A DNA stretch of 64,000 nucleotides from Prorocentrum cordatum (taxonomy: Eukaryota): contig CAUYUJ010000197.1 in NCBI GenBank assembly GCA_963575745.1, positions 1-64,000 on the forward strand, given 5' to 3'. Below the pieces are notes generated by a model, which made no database searches, was not told the DNA's origin, and saw only the letters and a program-made list of their open reading frames with translations. Positions 37,426 through 46,535 of this stretch are shown here, piece after piece (within the stretch, counting starts at the first letter, position 1; every line of letters starts with the position of its first letter). The position numbers and the translations under genes are program-made.

Positions 37426-37546
37426 CCTTTCCGTAGGCCCCCCACTCCTGGACCTTGTCCCTCGGCGTACCCTGCGACCCCAGTCTGACGGGGCAACGTG
37501 GCGGGCGTGTGGGACTTGGGGGAGTGGGGCTTTTGGCTCACGGAGC

Positions 37547-38407
37547 ATGGCGCGGGCGGATGCCGATCATGGCGTCCCGAGGCGTTCGCGCGCTGAGCGC
37601 ACTGCTGCACGCCAGGCGGCCATCGCTAGCGTGGAGGCGGCGCTCAGGCGCATCACCACCGAGAGGGACGAGCTCAAGTCGAAGCTGGACCACCTCCTCA
37701 AGGCCACGGCGATGGCCTTGGATCTGCCAGCTGAGGTAGCAGATCGTGTGGTAGCTCTCGTCCCCTGTCTCACCAAGCTGGTCGAAGGAGTTCGGCCAGA
37801 GCACGCTGAAGTGCTGCGGAGGAATGTGGCGCTCCATTCGACGGCCCCTGGGGTCACGATTTCTGTAGCATCGAGCAAGGATCTTCGTTTCGCTCAGCAT
37901 GGGCCCCGTCTCGGGGCGCCCCGTGAGGCCAGTTTGCTGTCAGGTGCTCGTGTCACTGGAGCTGGTGATGTGTTCCAATGGAATGTGCATGCAGAGGTAT
38001 TTGTTCCTGCGGACGCTGCTAGTTGCGTTGTGCCCGATGTCACGGTAGATCTTTGTGATGTGGCTCATGTGCGTGATGATCCCGCTGGGGATACCGAGGC
38101 TGCCGTGCCGCCGGCAGACGTGGTGCAGGGGAAGCCTTCGGAGGGCGATGTGGATGCTGTTTTTTGTTCCTCATCGTCAGAACCAGCATGGGACGACATG
38201 GCCATAGTCAGCGAGGATAGGAGGCCCCCGTGTCATTGTCCCCTTGGGCCAGGTCTCGTGGAGTTCCGCTCCTGGGAGGATTTAGACCTGGAGTGCAACG
38301 CGTGTGGCATCCTCATGGTAAAAGGTACCCAGATGTATTCCTGCATGCACTGCGACCTTGAAATATGTGTCCCGTGCTTTTCGAGTGTTCGCATTGATAG
38401 TCGTTGA
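37547..38407 (+). CDS. Intronless 286-aa protein with N-terminal coiled coil, PAM2-like motif and C-terminal ZZ-like zinc finger (retrogene or retroelement ORF)
   Basis: Non-repetitive ORF MARADADHG...RIDSR*. It has a helical heptad region (IASVEAALRRITTERDELKSKLDHL), WNVHAEVFVP, and CNAC-x11-SCMHCDLEICVPC. It lies downstream of the DinoSL relic. Confidence 0.75.
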   Translation: MARADADHGVPRRSRAERTAARQAAIASVEAALRRITTERDELKSKLDHLLKATAMALDLPAEVADRVVALVPCLTKLVEGVRPEHAEVLRRNVALHSTAPGVTISVASSKDLRFAQHGPRLGAPREASLLSGARVTGAGDVFQWNVHAEVFVPADAASCVVPDVTVDLCDVAHVRDDPAGDTEAAVPPADVVQGKPSEGDVDAVFCSSSSEPAWDDMAIVSEDRRPPCHCPLGPGLVEFRSWEDLDLECNACGILMVKGTQMYSCMHCDLEICVPCFSSVRIDSR

Positions 38408-38919
38408 TGGCTCAGTTTGTTCTGCGTGCTCACATGTTTCGGAGGTATGGCATTTCGTTGTCTGGGTAAATATTATGCTGCAGTTTGTGCTGTATGTGGC
38501 AGACGCTTCCTGGCACTCAGTTTGTGTATTTCCTTGGGCAGCTTAGTGTTCATGTCCACGAAGATTGTGTACAGCAGACACGTACGCCAGCGGCTACATC
38601 TTCGTAGCCCTCTGCCTCTCCCTCGTCATGTTCGGCATTGTCGTGGAGTTCCAGAAGGGCGTTGTTCAGCGGCCCTGGCTCGGTGGCTGCTCAGTGTGGT
38701 CACCGCCAGAGGCCTTTACTGGAGAGGAGCTCTCTCCAGCAGATGCCTTGTTAAAAAGTCCTCCTCCTCCTCTTCCTCCTCCTCCTTCTCCTTCTCCGAT
38801 TCCTTCTCCATCCTTCCATACTTGGAGGAGGGGAGGAGGGGGGAGGAGCAGAAGGAGGCCGGGGCGACCACACTGCTCTGTTCAAAACGAGTACCCAACC
38901 AAAGGAGGGTTGGGAAAAA

Positions 38920-40285
38920 ACACCATTGGCTAAAAAACAGCTCTATCTGGAAACCCTTGGTCAAAACATATCTGTTTTGCGATGGAGATGGGGAGCACGA
39001 CCACCCTTTCCGATAAATTGTCGATTTGCTTCTTGGATTCGGGCTCTGAGCGCGGGAGCCCAATACAAAAAAACAGCACCACTTGTCAAAAAAGTAGCGC
39101 AACCTGGAAACCCTTGCTCAAAACATATTTGTTCACGGTAGAAATCGGGAGCACGACCACCCTGTCCGATATATTGTCGAATTGCTTCTTGGAGCCGGGC
39201 TCTCAGCCCGGGATCCCAACACAAAGAAAACACCATTTGTCAAAAAAACTAGCTCTATCCGGACACCCCTGCTCAAAACAAATAAGTTCCGGTATAGAAA
39301 TCGGCAACACGACCACCCTTTCCGATATATTGCCGATTTGCCTCTTGGATTCGGGCTCTCAACCCGGGATCCAAACACAAAAAAAAACATTGGCTAAAAA
39401 GCAGCTCTATCCGGAAAGCCCTGCTCAAAACATATCTGCTTTGGGATAAAATCGGGAACACGACCACCCTTTCCGATATATTGTCGATTTGCTTCTTGGA
39501 TTCGGGCCCTGAGCCCGGGATCCCAACACAACAAAACCCCATGTGTCACAAGACAGCTCAACACGGAAACCCCTGCTCAAAACAGATATGTTTCGCGATA
39601 GAAATCGGAAACACGACCACCCTGTCCGATATATTGTCGATTTGCCTCTTGGATTCGGGCTCTGAACGCGGGAGCCCGACACACAAAAAAACACCATTTG
39701 TCAAAAAACAGCTCAATCCGGACATCCCTGCTCAAAACAAATACGTTCTGGTATAGAAATCGGCAACACGACCACCCTTTCCGATATATTCCCGATTTGC
39801 CTCTTGGACTCGGGCTCTGAGCCCAGGATCCAACCCCCCAAAAAAAAAACATTGGCTAAAAAGCAGCTCTATCCAGAAACCCCTGTTCAAAACATATCTG
39901 CTTTGCGATAGAAATCGGGAACACGACCACCCTTTCCCGATATTTTGTCGATTTGCTTCTTGGATTCGTGCTATGAGCTCGGGATCACAAAACAACAGAA
40001 CCCCAATTGTCACAAGACAGCTCAGCCCGGAAACCCGTGCTCAAAACATACTTATATGTTTCGCGATAGAAATCAGGAACACGACCACCCTTTCCGTGTC
40101 GATGTGCCTCTCTGAGCGCGGGAGCCCGACACACAAAAAAACACCACTTGTCCAAAAACAGCTCAACCCGGAAACCCCTGCTCCAAACATACATGTTTTG
40201 CGATAGAAATCGGAAAACACGACCACCCTTTCCGATATATAGTCGATTTGCTTCTTGGATCTGGGCTCTGAGCCCGGGGTCCCAA
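38920..40285. repeat. AT-richer tandem satellite, ~150-156-bp unit, ~9 copies
   Basis: CACGACCACCC recurs at 38996, 39152, 39308, 39459 and onward. Units contain A-tracts. Confidence 0.92.
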
Positions 40286-40544
40286 CGGGGGAGTGCAAGG
40301 AGACTTCGAAGGGTTTCGGCGGCTGGAGCGGAGAGAGAGTGACGGGCGACCTCGAGATACGACGCACCCCTGAGCCTCGATGTGGGCCGCGACACGGAGG
40401 AGGCACTGAGAAACATGAAGAATGGCCTCTTGGATGCTCTGGGGGGGTGCAGGGAACTTCCGAAAGGCTTTGGTCTCGTCTAAGCAAGCTTGGAGTGCCC
40501 CGGCGGGGGTCTGGGGGGCTGTCACGAACGTATCCACAGCCCCG

Positions 40545-40925
40545 CTACGCGGCGGTCCCTGCACGGGGGAACCCTCCGCAGAGCGGAGCAGCCGCGTCGC
40601 GCGGGGGGCTTTCCAGTGTGGAAACCACAGCAAGTCCCTGGAGTTTGAATCGGCATCCGCACGGGGGAACCCTCCGCGGAGCGGCGCAGCCGCGTCGCAC
40701 GGGGGGCTCTCACGCGAGGGAACGATAACGTGAAAGCACCTGCGCGGCGGTCCCTGCACGGGGGAACCCTCCGCGGAACGGCGCAGCCGCGTCGCACGGG
40801 GGGCTCTCCGGTGCGAAAACCACAGCATGTCCCCGGGGTTTGAATCGTTGTCCGCACGGAAAAACCCTCCACGGAACGGCGCAGCCACGTCGCACGGGGG
40901 GCTGTCGCGCGAGGAAGCCACGACG
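40545..40925. repeat. Short tandem array (GCACGGGGGAACCCTCCGCGGAACGGCGCAGCCGCGTCGCACGGGGGGCT), 4 copies
   Basis: Direct reading. Confidence 0.8.
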
Positions 40926-42044
40926 TGAAAAACACAGAAAAAGAACGAGATTGGTAGGTTTTGATGGGGGAGGGCCCTCACGGACCTGCTGCAATGCAAT
41001 GTAACGTATGTGGCCCCGGCCTCGTGCTGGAGAGGGCTGCATTTTGGAGCGGGCGCGGCCTCCGGGGAGGCCGGCCAAGGAGCCTGGGCGGAGTGGGCGG
41101 GAAGGCACAGAAGAGGCTGCGACAGCTTGGGCCTGACGCGGGTGCTGGGCGCCGTCGCGCCCAGACCGCCCAGAGGGAAGGAAGACAAGGTTGGAACGAA
41201 AAGCGGGGCCACATGCCACAGAGCAGCGATGGCTACTCTCGTAGCCACGCTGTCGCCGCTGTCGCCGCTGTGGCCGCCGCCGCCGCGCTGAACATAGGCG
41301 AGGGGGGAGGGAGGAAGGGGAGACGCATGTGAGGAAGGAAGGAGGCAGGGCGAAGGATGGGGCAAGTGAGGGGGATCTCTGGAGATTCGGCGGAAGTTTC
41401 GGGGTGACCGCCAGACAACTCCAAACGGCCTCTTCGGGGAAAATCCGCCAGCGAACTTCGAAATACGACACTCCTGACGAGCCGTGACTGCGCGTTGGAT
41501 GCGCCTTTTCCGCACATGATCAACTCTGCGGCCCTGTCTTCTCCCCTAAAAAAAATACACGATCCAAAAAGTGGGGCGGCGGTGTCTGCCCCCTCAGGGG
41601 TGTTCCACTGAATAAAACGTCTCCCTAGCGAACTTCAATAGGAATTCCATGAATTCGTCGAAAAGTCATGGGCATCCAATCGGAAACCACAGAACCGCCC
41701 GCAGGCGAAGTGTGGGTTTTGATGGGCTGATGTTGAGGGCCCAGCCAAAGAGCCAGCCATAAATGCGCGGGAACCACTGCTGAGTTCTGCTGAGCCTTGC
41801 GCAGCCCCGTGAAGCCCTGTGAGGCTCTGCTTCAGTCTGCTAAGCCCAGCGAAGTCCTGCTGTCACCTGCTGGGCTTTGGTAAACCCTGTAAGCCGTCCT
41901 GCGCCCTGCAACGCCCTGCTGGGCTCTGAGAAGCCCTGCAGCGCCCTGCTGGGCTATGCTGGGCCCTGCAAACTCTGATAAACCACGCATCGGCCCGCTA
42001 AGCTCTGCCAACCTCTGCAAAAAAACAAACCTTGCTGGTCCTTG

Positions 42045-42632
42045 GTGCGTTGTGCGTGGTATGTTGTGTCTGGTGCGTTGTGCGTTGTGCGTTGTTTGCA
42101 ATATTGTGTGTGTTGTGTGCGGTGTGTTGTGTTGGGTGTGTTGTGTGTGTGGTGTGTTGTGTGTTGTATGAAGTGTGTGTGTGTGCGTGCGTGTGTGTGC
42201 TGTGTCTTATGTGCGTTGCGTGTTGTGTACGGTGTGTGTTGTGTGTGCTGTGTGTGCGTTGTGTGTGTTGTATGTTGTGCGTGTTGTGTGTGTTGTTTGT
42301 GGTGCGCGTGTGTTGTGTGTGCAGTGTGTTGTGTGTGGTGTGTGTTGTGAGTGGTGTGTGTGCGTTGTGTTGTGTGTGATGTGTTGTGTGCGTTGTGTGT
42401 GTTGAGTGTCTTGCGCGTGGTGTTGCGTGTTGTGTGTGGTATATGGTGTGTTGTGTGTGTGCGTTGTGTGGTGTGTGGTGTTGCGCGTGTTGTGTGTGGT
42501 GTGTTGTGTGCTGTGTGTTGTGTGTTGTGTGTTGAGTGTTGTGTTGTGTGCGTTGTGTGTGTGTGTTGTGTGTGTGCTGTGTGTTGTGTGTTGTGTTGTG
42601 CGCGTTGTGTGTGTGTGTTGTGTGCGTTGTGT
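42045..42632. repeat. Degenerate (GT/TGT)n microsatellite
   Basis: Direct reading. Confidence 0.9.
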
Positions 42633-43237
42633 CTTTTGGGGGGCCATATTTCTGGCGCCGCCCAGGCCGTTCCTAGCGGCGCTTCTTGGAGTCCTCGGAA
42701 CCCCTACGGGAGCTCTCAGGTCTTCCCGACAGCTCGCATGGCCTGCCGATTACTTGCAGAGACCTCTGAGAAGCTCTCAGAAGCTTGTCGGGGTGTCTCA
42801 ACAGCCTCCCGGGAGCTTTGAGAAACCTCTCCAAAAAAATCGCAAGGCCTCTCGGAGGCTCGCAGAAGCTTCTCGGAAACTCTCAGTGCCCTTGCGGCAG
42901 CCCTCATAAGCCGCTCGGAACCGATTAGAAGTCCCTCGGAGGCCATCATAAATTGTCAAAGGCCCCTCGGAATCTCCCAGAAGTCTTTAGGAAATGTTCA
43001 GGATTCACGACTTCTTGGGGGGTCTTGTGGATTCCCCAGAGGCGCTCCGGATTATTTAGTTTCCCCTGAATTCCTTGGGAGTCCTTCAACATCGTTTCGC
43101 GCGCGTGAATCCGGCCATAAACCAATTGTGACTTACTCGTAATTTGTATTCGGTTTCCATATATCAGTAATGCTGGCCTTACACAATTACAAGCCATAGA
43201 TTGGCGGGACGCTCCCGGCCATAAAAGAAGGGTGACC

Positions 43238-43272
43238 CTACTACGACTACTGCTGCTACGACTACGACTACG

Positions 43273-43329
<57 letters not shown>

Positions 43330-43523
43330 GCTGCTACTACTACTACTACTACTACTAATACTACTACTNNNNNNNNNNNNNNNNNNNNNNNNNNNNNNNN
43401 NNNNNNNNNNNNNNNNNNNNNNNNNNNNNNNNNNNNNNNNNNNNNNNNNNNNNNNNNNNNNNNNNNNNTGAGTAGTAGTAGTAAGTAGTAGTAGTTAGTT
43501 AGTAGTAGTTAGTAGTTAGTAGT

Positions 43524-43615
<92 letters not shown>
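43238..43615. repeat. (CTA)n - 100-N assembly gap (43369-43468) - (TAG)n
   Basis: Direct reading. The two tracts are reverse complements of each other. Confidence 0.95.
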
Positions 43616-45047
43616 TCATTATTTTTCAAAAAATATATATAGTCGCTTTTCGCCATTCCCATAGCGCGTTCGGAATCCCTCTCGCGAAGGGCACGGGGCC
43701 TCTTTTTCTCCCGTGTCCCGCTTTCCTGCTTGTCTCCTCTTGCATCTTCGACCGCCGCAACGTTGTCGTATCGCTTTCGGACCCCCATTGGGCTTCCATC
43801 GAGCGACACCTGGCTTGGGTTGTGCCCACGCGTGCGGCGATTGAGATCGGAACGTTCTCATGCGAAGCATTGCCCCAGCATCTGCCGCAGAGGCACCCTG
43901 CATCGTGTACTGGGACGGCGGGAGTGCGCCCAGAGTAGTTTCATCGGGCCCCGCGCGTCGCGGATCGCAGTGTTAGAATCCATGCTGCCCTCCCTTCGCC
44001 GCATCTTTGGCTGCGGCCCTGCCTCCCCGTGCGCAGAAAACAGAACATTGCGCCGAGGGGCAGGGCCCCCGAAGGTGTCCCCAGGGGTCCCTGGGGCCTC
44101 CAGAGGCCTCCAGAGCACCCCCCCTGGAAAGGGGGGGGGATCCTCGGTTCCAGCCTGCGCAATTCTCAGTCCACCCCTGCCCAAAACGCTCAACACAATC
44201 ATCTGAGACCCGACGTTGCGACACAAGTTGGAACATCGTAGCGAACTTGATGGCGACCAGAGCCCCCGACCCCACCTCTCGGCTGCATCTCTCGAGCCAG
44301 ATCATACGGTGGGGGAGTTGGTTCAGGAATTTGCCCTGGAGGTTTCAGACCCTGGGGGGCCCTTCTCTGATGAGGGCTAAGGTGATATCCATGGCCAGTT
44401 CACGATTGCAGTTCCACCCGCTTCCGGACCCTGGATTACTTCCTATCCAATGGTTCCTTATCCAACGCGCCCACTGCATGTGAAGGGGCCAGGGCCCTCA
44501 GTACCAGGCGAACAGCCGCCCGGTGCGGCAGCAGGTGCGGCGCAGGTACCCCGGCACTTCGAGCCTCGATTCGATCGAGGACCCCTTCGCCGGCAGCGGC
44601 CGGCCGGCCCGCGGCCCACACGCCAGGGGGGGACGGGGGGGGGCGGGCGCACAGGGGGGCCGGGGATGGGATGGGTGGGGGGGGGGGCGGGTGGGGGGGG
44701 TGGGAGGGGTGGGAGGGGGGGGAGGAGAGTAGGGGGGGGCGGGGGTGGGAGGGGGTGGGTGGGGGGGGTGGGAGGGGGGGACGAGGATGGGTGGGGGGGG
44801 GGGCGGGGCGGGGTGGGAGGGGGGAGAGGGGAGAGCGAGGGCTCGGGGCGGAGGAGAGCGGGAGCGAGAGGAGGGGGTCGCCTGCGCCCGCGAGAGTGGC
44901 CCCTCGGCGGAGCGTCCTCCTCGTGCCGGGGGCGCAGGGGCCCCCCGTGGGGGTTCCCCCCTGCGCTGGCCCCTGCGCGCCTGGATTGATTCGCCCCCCC
45001 CTCGCGGCCCCAGGATGCCGCGCACCAGGGGCCGCCCTCGCCCTCGG

Positions 45048-45170
45048 CATCGCTCGGACGTGTGCCATTTTTCCTTCGGCGAGGACCATCGAGGAGCATC
45101 TTTGATCATCTGGCGAAGAAGCCACGCACGAAACCGAAAAAAAACACAGGGAATGGACGTCCGAGCGATG
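45048..45170. mobile_element. MITE family C (~120 bp, 14-bp TIR)
   Basis: CATCGCTCGGACGT ... ACGTCCGAGCGATG form perfect inverted termini; there are four similar copies in the window. Confidence 0.85.
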
Positions 45171-46448
45171 GCGAGCGCCCATCCCCCCAGGGTCGCTCTG
45201 GCCGGAGACACCACAAGGTACCGAGACCGCTACTCTCAAGTCGGGCATGGCATGTCCCTCCACATGAGGAGTACGCAAACATAGGCACATGAGAGTCGAG
45301 GGACGATGCTTCTGTTACTTTTTTCTCTTGAAGCAAAGCCGGGTTTTTGTTTTCCTTCCGAAATCCCCCTGTAGGAGGACATGCCCGACCTGATGCTACT
45401 CCCAGAACCCCTGGATTCCGAAGTCTGAGTCCAGCCCTGGCGACGAGGGCCTCCCAGGAGGCCCCAGCAAGGGGAGAAAGAGGGAAGGGTAGTGGTACAT
45501 CGGTGCATTTGCCTCTTCGGATTGGCGCGTGGCCGAGGGGGGGGGGAGGCTGGGAGGCGGGGGGAGGAGGCGGCCGAGTTCATGAAGAGGAAGTAGCTGC
45601 ACACCGACGCAAATAAACGTCGATTCCCAGGAACAGAATGGGAACTATGGGAACTATGGGAACTGGGGGGGAGGACGGGCATCCAGCAAACGTGGTGGGT
45701 GTATGTATGATATGTATATATATAATGTGTAGATACATGTATATATCTTATGTGTATATATATATATATAGATATATCATCGCGGGCTCAGGGCCCACGC
45801 CCCCCCCCCCACCCAGATGGCATGGGCCACAGGGTCCTCGGCCCCCCCCCAGATGGGATGGGGGGGAGGAGGAGGAGGAGGAGGGAGGAGGGAGGAGGAG
45901 GAGGAGGAGGAGGGGAGGAGGACGACGACGACGACGACGACGACGACGACACCGACAACGACGACGACGACAACGACGACGATGACGACAACGACGACGA
46001 CGTCGACGGTACCACCAGCGGCAGCGGCGGCGACGACGTCGAGCACCGGAGCTGTCAACATGACGCCAATCCCAGCCACACGCCGCACCCACACCGCACC
46101 ATCAGGGGGGGAGGGAGGGGGGGAGGACCATGGCGTCACCCCGCACACACACCCACAGCAACACACCACACCCACACCACATCCACAGGGGAGTGCGGGG
46201 GAGCCACCACGCCACGCCCACGCCCACAGGGCGGGGGAGGGGGGGGCATCGCGCGGGGGGGGGGGGCGATGGCATTAGCATTGGGGGGGGCCCAAACCAT
46301 CGACCGCACACACATATATATATATACACATATGTATAGCATAACATGTATATATATATATATATATATATATATGTGGGAATCCTGGGACTTGTGCCTG
46401 TCTAGCTGTGTGCCCATGGGCCCCTTCGTGAGAGGGGTGCCGCCCCAG

Positions 46449-46535
46449 GAGCGGGGGCTGTATGAGGCCCGGGGGGTCGACCTCGAGTGGGTGACCGTGC
46501 CGCAGGGCACCGGGGCCATGTGCGACAAGCTGGAG
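46449..46535 (+). CDS. Ca3427-like exon (ERGLYEARGVDLEWVTVPQGTGAMCDKLE)
   Basis: cag|GAG...GAG|gc; 87 nt. Confidence 0.88.

Noticed and set aside
36974..37546. N-terminal part of the 477-aa ORF 36974-38407
   Set aside because: It reads through a CCAAGA repeat, (CCT)n and the SL relic. The plausible start is the ATG at 37547.
41064..41214. MWPRFSFQ... as the first exon of the PH gene (shares GGAGGCC with the 32655 acceptor)
   Set aside because: It is phase-compatible, but the peptide is unrecognisable and the opposite strand looks equally coding. Support is insufficient.
44543..44580. VPRHFEP (and NLPW at ~44328) as the missing VPEHF exon of the Ca3427-like gene
   Set aside because: Key residues and spacing do not fit, and I found no phase-compatible join.
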